A stretch of DNA of 64,000 nucleotides from a virus: positions 96,001 to 160,000 of IMG/VR virus record IMGVR_UViG_3300032046_005540; one strand, 5' to 3'. Both the position numbers and the translations under genes were made by a program. Shown here piece after piece: positions 17,942 through 27,884 of the stretch. Every line of letters starts with the position of its first letter. The stretch's first letter is position 1. The notes beneath the pieces were generated by a model. That model was not told the DNA's origin, ran no database searches, and saw nothing but the letters and a program-made list of their open reading frames with translations.

Positions 17942-18163
17942 TTAGACTTTTTCTACACCTTCTATACTTTTAATAGAGTCTTTATAATACAAAACAGTTC
18001 TTTCTTTAATATAAGAATCCTTACTTGGTATAAACTTCATACCAATAGAATCTAAGTCATTCCAAACAAGAATTCCAAAAAATAACTCTCCATTTTCATT
18101 TTTAAAAGTAACTTTTACTTTACTATTTATAAGAGAATCCAAAAATTCTTTACTATTCATCAT
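17942..18163 (-). CDS. Hfq/Sm-like RNA-binding protein
   Basis: FLDSL...VKV...NG...G.L...D...I and YKDSIKSI parallel Hfq FLNAL..V..NG..L.G.I..FD..I and YKHAISTV. Confidence 0.6.
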   Translation of the reverse strand: MMNSKEFLDSLINSKVKVTFKNENGELFFGILVWNDLDSIGMKFIPSKDSYIKERTVLYYKDSIKSIEGVEKV

Positions 18164-18437
18164 ACACCGCCTTTCTCATAGTATCTATATCATTTTGTGG
18201 AAATTCTTCACTTGTAAGATAAATAACACCAATAGGTGTTTCTACTAATACTTTCAAAAGAAGCCCTCGATAACTTGTACAATTTGTAAAATCAACCAAA
18301 GAACATTTCTCTTTTAAAATTTTTTGTAATTCCTCTAATGTATCCGGATGTAAATAAAGGTATTTAGGCCTTTCTCCAGTCGCTTCAATAAACTTTTCTA
18401 TTGCTTCCTCTAATTTATCTAACATATAAGTATCCAT
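18153..18437 (-). CDS. hypothetical protein
   Basis: 94-aa ORF, GGAG RBS. Confidence 0.55.
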   Translation of the reverse strand: MDTYMLDKLEEAIEKFIEATGERPKYLYLHPDTLEELQKILKEKCSLVDFTNCTSYRGLLLKVLVETPIGVIYLTSEEFPQNDIDTMRKAVYDE

Positions 18438-18615
18438 TTTTCTCCTTTACTTAAAATACAATCGCTAAACAAAACATTAACTTTATTTCTTTTCTTCTTT
18501 TGGATATAATCCTTTTTCTCGAAGGCGCTGTAATAAGTTTTCAAATGGTCTATAAGTATGGCCTTGTAGTCTTTTTTCTTTCTTTTCAAACCTTTTATCT
18601 TTATTCATTTCTTAC

Positions 18616-19386
18616 TCACTTTATTTCTTTAAGATGATTAAACATAGATTGAGGAATCGATAAGTAAACACCATCTACAATATTTTTAACAACATCAATA
18701 ACCTTATTTGCTTGCAGTAAAGTATAAGTTGTAAAATCTTTATCCGAAATCTCTTTAAATGTATTTAAATAATCTTCAGGAATAACAACACCAGGAATTT
18801 TTGATAAATTATCTAAATGATTTTTAGATTTTGGAATCATTATACCTAATAACACAGGTAAATTATATGGTTCTATTTCTTTTAAAAATTTTAATGCTTG
18901 ACTTATAGTAAATACAGGTTGCGTTTGAAGGTAATCAGCACCAGCATCTATTTTACTTTGTAAATATTTGTGATCTATATTATTCGGATCTACGGCAACA
19001 CCAACCAAAATATTATAAGACTTTACTAACTTAATTACATCAACTATACACGCCCCACTCCAAAATCCTTTACTATGAGGATCCCCAGATAAAACAAGTA
19101 TTATATTTACACCAATTGATGCTGCCTGAAGCATATCAGATCTTATTATAACTTCAGATCTCCCAGAAAGAGGATAATGAACAATTACTTTAAAGCCTTC
19201 GGATATCAAATATTGTGCAGTATAAAGAGCTGGTAATTTAGGTTTTCCCATTGGATTAGAAACAACACTAATAGTATCAATACCTACTTCTTTAAGTATT
19301 TTAATATGTTGAGATAGTTCTTTTAAATTTCCACTACCCGGAGGAATAATTTCAACAACTTTTGTAAAATTTGAAAACAATTTCAT
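18616..19386 (-). CDS. metF: methylenetetrahydrofolate reductase (MetF/YitJ C-terminal type)
   Basis: VEIIPP, ILVLSGDP, KIDAGADYLQTQPVF, PVLLGIM, IPGVVIP. Confidence 0.85.
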   Translation of the reverse strand: MKLFSNFTKVVEIIPPGSGNLKELSQHIKILKEVGIDTISVVSNPMGKPKLPALYTAQYLISEGFKVIVHYPLSGRSEVIIRSDMLQAASIGVNIILVLSGDPHSKGFWSGACIVDVIKLVKSYNILVGVAVDPNNIDHKYLQSKIDAGADYLQTQPVFTISQALKFLKEIEPYNLPVLLGIMIPKSKNHLDNLSKIPGVVIPEDYLNTFKEISDKDFTTYTLLQANKVIDVVKNIVDGVYLSIPQSMFNHLKEIK

Positions 19387-20372
19387 ATTTGCCTCATTAC
19401 TTCTAAATATTGGTTAACTCTAGTGGTAATTGTATGATTTTTCATTACTTCTTCCTGACCACATTTTGCTATTTGTTCTCTTTCATCGTCATGTTCTAAA
19501 TAATATATAACTTTAAATTTTAAATCTTCAATTGTTCCATCATAAGTTACTAAATGTTTCCCAGGAATAAAAAACTTTTCAAGATTATCCATAGGAGGAC
19601 AAATGAAAAAACATCCACAACCCATTGCTTTAAAAATTCTATCCGAAATTTTCCAACCCATATTATCTTTTATTACATGAAGAGTATCAAATGTTATTTT
19701 AGATTGCCTATAAACATTAGTCATTTCAGAACCATAAAGACATTGGTCGGAAGAATTTTCAGATATATTTCCAATAACCTTAACTTTACAAAAATCTTTT
19801 AAAGTATTAATACATTCCTCTCTCCTAAAAATGTTACGGCCTCTTTGCGAATTGCCTATAAAACAAATGTCATAAATTTCATAATTAGTATCTAACCTTT
19901 CAATTAAAGGTTTATAATATGTTTGATCATAATATTGGGGCAAAAACACTGCATTTTTTGCATAATCTTTTAATATTTCTGCCATTCCTTCAACTGATGT
20001 TATAATTAAATCAAATACTCCTTTATATCTACCCCAATATCCTAAATCATTTTTTGGTTTATAAGCATCAGCATTCCATAAAACTAACTTAAATCCCAAT
20101 TGTGATATTTTTTCAAAAAACTCTCTTGGTTCAACTCCTGCTCCAGTTACAAATACATAATCTGGATTAAATAATTTTACTGATTCAACCATATGAGTTT
20201 CATAGTTATATTTGGCAGTACCAGGAGGCAAAGGATGTTCATAGGGTAAACATCTTTCTGGCTCAATTAAACATTTAACTAAAACTTCATAGCCCAAATC
20301 TTTCATTTCCCGAGCAATCAAAAGACCATTTTGATAAGGCAAATTACAATAAACAAATGTTACTATTTTCAA
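19383..20372 (-). CDS. glycosyltransferase, CgeB/Glyco_trans_1_2 type
   Basis: DICFIGN, Y.QSKI, SDRIFKAMGCG, YYLEHDDEREQIA..GQ..V...HT...R. Confidence 0.85.
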   Translation of the reverse strand: MKIVTFVYCNLPYQNGLLIAREMKDLGYEVLVKCLIEPERCLPYEHPLPPGTAKYNYETHMVESVKLFNPDYVFVTGAGVEPREFFEKISQLGFKLVLWNADAYKPKNDLGYWGRYKGVFDLIITSVEGMAEILKDYAKNAVFLPQYYDQTYYKPLIERLDTNYEIYDICFIGNSQRGRNIFRREECINTLKDFCKVKVIGNISENSSDQCLYGSEMTNVYRQSKITFDTLHVIKDNMGWKISDRIFKAMGCGCFFICPPMDNLEKFFIPGKHLVTYDGTIEDLKFKVIYYLEHDDEREQIAKCGQEEVMKNHTITTRVNQYLEVMRQI

Positions 20373-21394
20373 AAATCACCCCCATCAATCACTTTTTGAA
20401 AAACATCTAAATACTGGGATTTTAAAACATTCCAAGAAAATTTATTCTCAATAATTTCTCTATTCCTTTTAGATACTTCTTTTAAATCAATGTTCATTAC
20501 AAAATTTATCTTAAAAACGAAATCATCTAAATCTGGTTCATAAACAACCTTTTCTTCACCAAAATGTGAATTATTTTTAACTTTTATAAGAAATTTTTTA
20601 TCTTCAACAACTTCATTCATTGGAGGAGCATCAGTTGTTATAACAGGAAAACCACAAGCCATTGCTTCATATATAGGAAGGCCATTTCCTTCAAAATGTG
20701 ATGGTGCTAAATAAATATCTCCTTCTTTATAAAGATCCATTATTTCAGGTTTTTCACCTACTCTTAAATCAACACCCTCAAGGCAGCCATATTTTTCAAG
20801 AGGAACTTGAGAATTTATAATTAACTTCACCTTCTCTTTATCTAACTTTTGAAAAGCTCTTAAAACTAAATCAGTACCTTTTCTTTTAAAATCTACATAA
20901 CCAGCATTATGTAATAATACTTTGTTTTCCCCTCTTTGAATAAATTTAAAATAATCTGTATCAATAGGATAAGGTAAATAATAACATTTCCATCCTTTAG
21001 ATTTTATTATATTATAACTCCACTTATTAACACAAAGCCACAAATCTACAAAATCTTTATACTTTTCAAGAATAGGTGTTCTTACACTATCTAACATAGG
21101 AATATAAACAATTTTAATTCCTTTTTCTTTTAAAATTTTTAAATAATCCCAACAAAAAGGATATTCTATTATCAAAACAACATCTAAACCAAAATTTATA
21201 AATTTTTCTAAAGCTTCTTTACTCAGATTTTCTTTTGAAGTTATTACAAAACTACATCTTAAATCATTTAAATTAGTGCCTTTTGCTTCCCATCTTATAA
21301 CAAGTTGACTATTAATTTCAAGATGTTTCCTAAAAAATTTTAACATTACTCCTAAACCAGAGTTATTAGCATATCCTATTGTGCCTATTCTCAT
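20369..21394 (-). CDS. GT4 glycosyltransferase
   Basis: RKGTD, PSHFEGNGLPIYEAMACGFPVITTD. Confidence 0.9.
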   Translation of the reverse strand: MRIGTIGYANNSGLGVMLKFFRKHLEINSQLVIRWEAKGTNLNDLRCSFVITSKENLSKEALEKFINFGLDVVLIIEYPFCWDYLKILKEKGIKIVYIPMLDSVRTPILEKYKDFVDLWLCVNKWSYNIIKSKGWKCYYLPYPIDTDYFKFIQRGENKVLLHNAGYVDFKRKGTDLVLRAFQKLDKEKVKLIINSQVPLEKYGCLEGVDLRVGEKPEIMDLYKEGDIYLAPSHFEGNGLPIYEAMACGFPVITTDAPPMNEVVEDKKFLIKVKNNSHFGEEKVVYEPDLDDFVFKINFVMNIDLKEVSKRNREIIENKFSWNVLKSQYLDVFQKVIDGGDF

Positions 21395-22347
21395 AATTTT
21401 AGTTTTTTCTTAATAATTGAAAGGTATCTACCAACACTTTTATCAATAGTATATTTATCAAAAATTTCTTTTTGCCCTTTTAATGCTATCTTTTCTCTCG
21501 CATCTTCGTGTTTTAAATAATAATCAATTTTCTCTAACATTTCTTCTTTAGTATGAAAAACATCAAGATGTTTTTTAAGAATAAAAAGCTCTTCAATTCC
21601 TGGAATATATTCAGTTAAAAGAAAACATCCACATCCCATAACCTGATACATTCTAACAGAAAATTGTAGGTTGTAATTTAATTCTCCTCCAGAAATCATA
21701 TTCAAACCTATTTTAGATTTCTTATAACAATCTGCTATAAATTTTCCATCATAATTAATAACACTTCCTAAAGAACTAAATCCCCATCCAACAATTATTG
21801 TTCTATATCCCTTTTTAACTATTTCTTTAAGGTATTCTTCTCTTTGTAGAGAACAAGGCGTTTTATTACCTACAAAAATAACATCATCTGCTTTTGCTAA
21901 AATATTATCTGATTTATAATAAGTATGATCAAAAAAATGAGGACTCCAAACAACTTTATCTGTATAAGGTTTTGCAATCTCAATATGCCCTTTCATTGTA
22001 GTTATAAATAAATCAATAATATCAAACGCTTCTAAAAATAAATGTTTTGAATTTTTTTGATTAAGCCAATAAGCATCTGGATGCCATATTACAATTTTTG
22101 CTCCCAAACTTTTTAAACATTTAATAATATCAAAGCCTCGATTTATTCCTCCAGTCTGAAATACAAAATCAGGTTTAAATTCTAAATAAAGAATTCTAAT
22201 TTGTTCTGCTGATTGATCAAAAAATCCAATAACAATTTCATGCCCTTGTCTTTTTAACTCTTCTACAATTCTAATACCATCCTGATATTCATTCAAACCA
22301 TTGCAAGTTTTAAAAGGAAACCTTTTTACAATCACTAATATCTTCAT
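21391..22347 (-). CDS. glycosyltransferase, CgeB type
   Basis: DVIFVG, SKIGLN, RMYQVMGCG.FLLTE, EKIDYYL.H...REKIA. Confidence 0.85.
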   Translation of the reverse strand: MKILVIVKRFPFKTCNGLNEYQDGIRIVEELKRQGHEIVIGFFDQSAEQIRILYLEFKPDFVFQTGGINRGFDIIKCLKSLGAKIVIWHPDAYWLNQKNSKHLFLEAFDIIDLFITTMKGHIEIAKPYTDKVVWSPHFFDHTYYKSDNILAKADDVIFVGNKTPCSLQREEYLKEIVKKGYRTIIVGWGFSSLGSVINYDGKFIADCYKKSKIGLNMISGGELNYNLQFSVRMYQVMGCGCFLLTEYIPGIEELFILKKHLDVFHTKEEMLEKIDYYLKHEDAREKIALKGQKEIFDKYTIDKSVGRYLSIIKKKLKL

Positions 22348-23285
22348 AAATATACTCTCTTTTTAATTACATCTAAATATTGATTTACACGGGCATCAAT
22401 GTCATGTTTTTCCATTACCTCTTGATATCCTTGTATAGCTATTTTTTCTCTAATCTTTGGATGTTCCAAATAATAATCAATTTTTTCTATCATTTCTTCT
22501 TTAGTATGGAAAACATCGAGGTGAACTCCAGGAATAAACATTGTTTCAATATTAGGAATGTATTCAGTTAAAAGGAAACATCCACTTCCCATAACTTGAT
22601 ACACTCTAACTGAAAATTGTAAATCACAATTAAATATACCTCCAGAAACTATATTTAATCCTATTTTAGAACTTTTATATGCTTTCGCAATATGCTCTCC
22701 ATTCCAATCTGCTTTAGTTTCTTCATCATTAATAGTAAAACCATGCCCGACAACTTTTAACTTATACTTTTTCTCAAGCTCTTTTAAATATTCTTCTCTT
22801 TGAGGAGATGCTTCAGTTTTTCCTCCAATAAAACAAATGCCATTTTCTTGCTTAATATTCTTATTTGTTTTAAAAAAAGTTGAATCAAAATAGTGAGGAG
22901 CCCAAACTACCTTATCAGTATAAGATTTTGAAACTTCAACATGACCTCTCATTGTAACTAAAAACAAATCAAACACGTTAAAAGCATCTAAAAAATAAGA
23001 TCTGGAAGGTTCTCTAAATAACCAATAAGCATCAGGATACCACATTACTAATTTTGCACCTAAATCTTTTAAACTATTTTGAACTCCAAGGTTACCTTTT
23101 GAATGTCCCATTCCTGTTTGAAATACAAAATCAGGCTGAAATTTTCTATATCTTGATATATAATCTTCTATTGATTTTCCAAAAGAAGCAGTATGAGTTT
23201 CATGACCCAATCGAGATAACGACTCTTGTATTCGTATTCCATCAGAAAAAGAATTTTTAGTTTCTATGATTAACATTATTTTCAT
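22344..23285 (-). CDS. glycosyltransferase, CgeB type (paralogue of 21391..22347)
   Basis: Same motifs as its neighbour. Start probably 23285 (track 23345). Confidence 0.85.
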   Translation of the reverse strand: MKIMLIIETKNSFSDGIRIQESLSRLGHETHTASFGKSIEDYISRYRKFQPDFVFQTGMGHSKGNLGVQNSLKDLGAKLVMWYPDAYWLFREPSRSYFLDAFNVFDLFLVTMRGHVEVSKSYTDKVVWAPHYFDSTFFKTNKNIKQENGICFIGGKTEASPQREEYLKELEKKYKLKVVGHGFTINDEETKADWNGEHIAKAYKSSKIGLNIVSGGIFNCDLQFSVRVYQVMGSGCFLLTEYIPNIETMFIPGVHLDVFHTKEEMIEKIDYYLEHPKIREKIAIQGYQEVMEKHDIDARVNQYLDVIKKRVYL

Positions 23286-23287
23286 AT

Positions 23288-24034
23288 TTACATACCTTCT
23301 ACAAAAGGATCTACATCTCTCCATAAGAGTAAAATACATGGCCAATCTTTAGTTTTATTCATTAATTGTTTACTAGATCTTAAATCAATTATACCATCCT
23401 TACATATTCTACCATATGAAAAACCTAATTTTTCAACTAAATTAAAAAATTGTAATTCAGTAAAACCAGCTAATTCGTAATGACGATTACTGAGTTCACA
23501 CACCATTACTAATTTAGAACTGCGATTAATAAGATTTTGAAGTCCTTCAATTACCCCAACCTCAGCACCATCTACAACAATTTTAATAAAATCTGCTTTC
23601 TCAACATTTTGTAAAATATCATCTCCAACAGCTACTTCTAAATCTAATTCTTTTTTATTTTTATAATAAGAAACTCCAGTCTTATTATGTAATCCAAAAT
23701 TAAAAGGTTTAATATTTTTATATAATTCTGAATTCTTTACAAGAACCTCATAAGTACCGAAAAATGGTTCAAAAGCATAAATAATTCCTGTTTCTCCTAT
23801 TTTTTGAGAAGCCATTACAGAATATATTCCTACATTTGCACCAACATCAATACAAGTCATTCCTGGTTTTAAATATTTACCTACAACATCAAGTTTTTCA
23901 TTTTCATAAGTACCTAACTTAATACATTTGCTAACAAAATAATCACTACCCACTCTAACTTTTTCATCTTTTTTGGCTTCATCATCTTTATCAAGAAGCC
24001 ACATTTTTCCTACAAAAGTATCAACTAATTCCAT
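23288..24034 (-). CDS. FkbM family methyltransferase
   Basis: GTYE, IDVGANVG.YS, YAFEP, FIKI.VDGAE..V..G. Start probably 24034. Confidence 0.88.
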   Translation of the reverse strand: MELVDTFVGKMWLLDKDDEAKKDEKVRVGSDYFVSKCIKLGTYENEKLDVVGKYLKPGMTCIDVGANVGIYSVMASQKIGETGIIYAFEPFFGTYEVLVKNSELYKNIKPFNFGLHNKTGVSYYKNKKELDLEVAVGDDILQNVEKADFIKIVVDGAEVGVIEGLQNLINRSSKLVMVCELSNRHYELAGFTELQFFNLVEKLGFSYGRICKDGIIDLRSSKQLMNKTKDWPCILLLWRDVDPFVEGM

Positions 24035-24045
24035 TATTATTCTCC

Positions 24046-24786
24046 TTACGGTTTTTGTAAAACTACTCCTACAGGCATGCATCTCGACACATACATTGGA
24101 TATGTTTTACAAAATTTTGAAAAAAGAGTATCAAAATTATCAAAATTATCTTTATCATTTAATAATTTTAAACCAGTATCTTCAATTAATTCTTTAATTT
24201 TGTCTGGAGTATAACATGTAATAATTGGATCCGCAGGACTTCCATACCATGTCTTAAACTCTTTGTAAGCTTCTAAAGTAAAAACAATTCTACCCCCAGG
24301 TTTTAAAATTCTATCTAATTCTTTAAATATAATTTTTGCATCTTCTATTGGATTATGCTCTAAAGAACTACAAGAAACAATATGATCAAAAAAATTACTT
24401 TCAAAATTTGTACATTTTAAATTTTGACAAGAAAATCTCAGGTCTACATCAAATTGTTTTTCTTTTTCTTTTGACCACTCTTCAATATGACTACCTCTTC
24501 TATCTACAGTATATAATTCATAACGTTTTGCTAAAAAAATTTGAAAAACTCCTCTACCACATCCAGCATCCAAAATTTTATCTTTTGGAAGAAATGCAGC
24601 CTCTGGTATTGCTTTTACTGGAAGATGCCAGTATATCCAAGGATAGTCTAACATATATTGGCTTATAGCAAGGCTTTCTTCAGCTTCTTTAATGCTATGG
24701 CTTGTTCTACATATTTCAATCAATTCCTCATTTACTCTTTGATATTCAAATGTATTTTTCAAATCAATATCTAATAATTCTATCAT
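24046..24786 (-). CDS. class I SAM-dependent methyltransferase
   Basis: ILDAGCGRG, FDHIVSCSSLEH, RILKPGG. Confidence 0.88.
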   Translation of the reverse strand: MIELLDIDLKNTFEYQRVNEELIEICRTSHSIKEAEESLAISQYMLDYPWIYWHLPVKAIPEAAFLPKDKILDAGCGRGVFQIFLAKRYELYTVDRRGSHIEEWSKEKEKQFDVDLRFSCQNLKCTNFESNFFDHIVSCSSLEHNPIEDAKIIFKELDRILKPGGRIVFTLEAYKEFKTWYGSPADPIITCYTPDKIKELIEDTGLKLLNDKDNFDNFDTLFSKFCKTYPMYVSRCMPVGVVLQKP

Positions 24787-24803
24787 TATTTTACTCCTCT
24801 TAT

Positions 24804-25526
24804 TTATTTTGTTTTTGAAAAAATTACTCCTAAAGGAATAAATTCCCTACTTTTACATACCGAATATTCATTAAATATATCTACAATAATTTCTTCAATT
24901 TGATTAAAATTATTACCAGAATTAAACAAATATAAATTTGTATTTTCAATTAATTCTTTTATTTCTTTTTCAGTATAACAAGTTATAATAGGATCTCTAA
25001 CAGATGGATAAATAACTTTAAATTTTTTCCAAGCAACCAAAGTAAAAATAATTAATCCCCCAGGCTTCAAAATTCTATCCATTTCTTTAAATATTAATTT
25101 AACATCCTCAAAAGAATTATGTTCTAATGAACTACATGAAACTATATAATCAAAAAAATTATCTTCATAATTAGTATTTTTTAAATTTTCTTCTTTAAAA
25201 TTAATTTTTATATTAAATTGTTTTTCTCTTTTTACTATCCAAGAATTATAGATTTCTTTTCTCTTATCACAATTATAAACTTCTGCTCCTTCCAAAGCTA
25301 AATATAATTGAAGCGTTCCTATTCCTCCTCCAGCATCCAAAATTCTCTTTCCTGAAATTTCTGGTAAATGAATTATAATCCAAGGATAATCAAGCATATA
25401 TGATGATATTGCTAATCCTTTTTTACCTTGCAATTTAGTTACTTGTGTATAAATATTAAGTAATTTTTTACTTATTTCTTGATATTCTTTTCTATTTTTA
25501 ATGTTAGAGTTTAATAACTCAATCAT
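24804..25526 (-). CDS. class I SAM-dependent methyltransferase (paralogue of 24046..24786)
   Basis: ILDAGGGIG, FDYIVSCSSLEH, RILKPGG; shares YMLDYPW. Confidence 0.88.
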   Translation of the reverse strand: MIELLNSNIKNRKEYQEISKKLLNIYTQVTKLQGKKGLAISSYMLDYPWIIIHLPEISGKRILDAGGGIGTLQLYLALEGAEVYNCDKRKEIYNSWIVKREKQFNIKINFKEENLKNTNYEDNFFDYIVSCSSLEHNSFEDVKLIFKEMDRILKPGGLIIFTLVAWKKFKVIYPSVRDPIITCYTEKEIKELIENTNLYLFNSGNNFNQIEEIIVDIFNEYSVCKSREFIPLGVIFSKTK

Positions 25527-26770
25527 TATTCTCCTCCATATACTTTATTTACAATTTCAATCAAATTTTCCGAAACATAATCAATTTCAGACATTGTTAT
25601 TTCTGTTGCAGTAGGGATATAAAATCCTGTTTCCATATATTCTTCAGCTTTTGGATATCTTTGTCCTTTAAATTTTTCATAATAAACTGGCTGAAGATGC
25701 ATTGGAACAAAAAAAGGTCTTGTTTGAATTCCTTTATCCGCTAACATCTTTCTTACTAAATTTTTCTTTCTACCATCTCTAGGAGATAAAATCACCTCAA
25801 ACATCCAACAAACTGGACATACATCTGACTCTGGAGGATAGTTTGGTATTACTATGTGCTTTTCTCCTTGAAAATTTCTAATATATGAATTCCTTGTTAT
25901 CTTCCTTCTCTCTATTATTTCATCTAATCTTACTAATTGAGCCCTTCCCAAAGCTGCCTGAAGAGCAGTTAATCTATAATTAAATCCAACAAGTCTATGA
26001 TAATAATGTCTTTCAGAACCAAAAGCATGATTTATTAAAGTTCTAACACGATTAGCAACATCAGCATCATTTGTTGTAATCATTCCTCCTTCCCCGCATG
26101 AGACTAATTTCGATGCGTGTAAAGAATATGCAGCAATATCTCCTATTCCTCCAACTATCTTACCTTTATAAGATGCGCAATGACCTTCAGCAGCATCTTC
26201 AACTACAAGGAGATTATAGTTATTTGCAATTTCTAAGATTTTTTCCATCTTACAAGGATACCCAGAAATATGAACTGGAATAATTGCTTTTGTTTTTTTA
26301 GTAACTTTATTTTCAATTTTATTCACATCAATATTTAAATGTTCATCAGCATCTACTAAAACTGGAGTAGCTCCACAATAAATTACTGTTGCAATAGTAG
26401 CTATAAAAGTATAAGCTGGAATAATAACTTCATCTCCAAGTCCTATACCAAAAGTTGTTAATGCTAAATGTAAAGCGCTAGTTCCATTAGAACAAGCTAC
26501 TGCATAATTAACGTCCATCTTATCAGCAAATTCTTTTTCAAACTTTTTCACTTCTGGCCCTATGGAAGAAATCCATCCAGACTCTACTACATCATAAATG
26601 TATTTCTTTTCCAAACTACCAATAAAAGGTTCACAAACATAAATTTTAGCTTTCCCCATTGGTCTTTTATCTTTCAAAATTTCTTTAACTTCAGGTTCAA
26701 TATCTGGAAAAACTAATCCAAGTTCTTTTTCAAATTCCATAGAAGCTTTTTCAGGCAATTTTAAAAGCAT
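25526..26770 (-). CDS. DegT/DnrJ/EryC1/StrS sugar aminotransferase (perosamine synthase-like)
   Basis: SGWISS.G, SNGTSALHLAL, EDAAE, SLHASKLVSCGEGGM (PLP lysine), GFNYR. Confidence 0.92.
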   Translation of the reverse strand: MLLKLPEKASMEFEKELGLVFPDIEPEVKEILKDKRPMGKAKIYVCEPFIGSLEKKYIYDVVESGWISSIGPEVKKFEKEFADKMDVNYAVACSNGTSALHLALTTFGIGLGDEVIIPAYTFIATIATVIYCGATPVLVDADEHLNIDVNKIENKVTKKTKAIIPVHISGYPCKMEKILEIANNYNLLVVEDAAEGHCASYKGKIVGGIGDIAAYSLHASKLVSCGEGGMITTNDADVANRVRTLINHAFGSERHYYHRLVGFNYRLTALQAALGRAQLVRLDEIIERRKITRNSYIRNFQGEKHIVIPNYPPESDVCPVCWMFEVILSPRDGRKKNLVRKMLADKGIQTRPFFVPMHLQPVYYEKFKGQRYPKAEEYMETGFYIPTATEITMSEIDYVSENLIEIVNKVYGGE

Positions 26771-26783
26771 TTTTTCTTTCCTT

Positions 26784-27287
26784 TTATTTAATAGCCACAA
26801 CACAAATATTAGTTTGAGAACAATGCCGACTATAAGGGGGTTTATTAATTTGTTTTATATTTTTAAATCCCGCTTCTGTCATAAACATAGAAAGATATTC
26901 AAAATCAAATGCTATGTATTTACGCATTCCTTCTTCATCCTTTCCAAAGAACCCCTGAACTAATCTTCCCATTGGAAGTATTCCATCAATAACTGGAATT
27001 TTTCCAGCAAGATATTGTTGCATAATAGGAACCATATTATCTACTTCTATAATAATTTGACTTCCAGGTTTTAAAACACGATACCAATTTTTTAAAGCAA
27101 TTGACACATTACTTCTTGAAAAAGTATGTAAACAATGAGATGCATAAATAAAATCCACAGAATTATTTTCAAAAGATTTCAAATAAATAATATCTTCAAT
27201 CTGAACACCTTCAAAAGGGACAAGGTCAATGTTTATAAACCCAGGAAGAATTGTTTTATGACAACCAAGATTTAGTTTTATTTCCAT
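26784..27287 (-). CDS. SAM-dependent methyltransferase (type 11-like)
   Basis: KLNLGC...GFINID, SVDFIYASH, WYRVLKPG. Confidence 0.82.
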   Translation of the reverse strand: MEIKLNLGCHKTILPGFINIDLVPFEGVQIEDIIYLKSFENNSVDFIYASHCLHTFSRSNVSIALKNWYRVLKPGSQIIIEVDNMVPIMQQYLAGKIPVIDGILPMGRLVQGFFGKDEEGMRKYIAFDFEYLSMFMTEAGFKNIKQINKPPYSRHCSQTNICVVAIK

Positions 27288-27299
27288 TCTTTTTTTTCT

Positions 27300-27884
27300 T
27301 TAAATATTAATTTCAATCAAAAAAGCACGTTTTCCAGTTGGAATATCTATTTTCTTTGCTATTATACGTTTAATTTTATAAGGCTTATTAATAAATTCAA
27401 AATCTTTTTCTAAGAAAAAGTGTTTATGATCTGGGCTCCAAAAACTGCCCAAAACTAGAGTAGTTAAAACAACTTTATGTTTAGCTAATTTTATCATATT
27501 AAAAATAGCCTTTTTATAATCCACAATATGTTCAACAACCTCAAGGGCAACCACAACATCATACGATTTTGATAAATTAACATTAAGTATATCTTGAAGA
27601 TAAAAAGTATAATCATAATTTTTCTCTTTACAAACTTCCTTCATTGTTACTAAATCATCTTCTTTAATATCCAACATTTCAACTTTTTTCCCTCGACTTA
27701 ATAAATATAAAGAAAAATCTCAAAGTCCTGGGCCAACCTCTAAAAAAGTATCAAATGGATTTATAATTTCAAGAACTCTTTGATGTAATTCACTTAAAGG
27801 GGCTTGTCCATATTCATCCCACCCTTCTTCAAAAGGTTTTTCTAACATTGCATATAAACAATCTTTAGTAGAATATTTTATCAT
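27300..27884 (-). pseudogene. class I SAM methyltransferase interrupted by an in-frame TGA at codon 55 (27720-27722)
   Basis: ATG 27884 overlaps the upstream stop and reads ...FLEVGPGL-TGA-DFSLYLLSRGKKVEMLDI, in frame with the 27300..27677 ORF (YDVVVALEVVEH). Confidence 0.75.
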
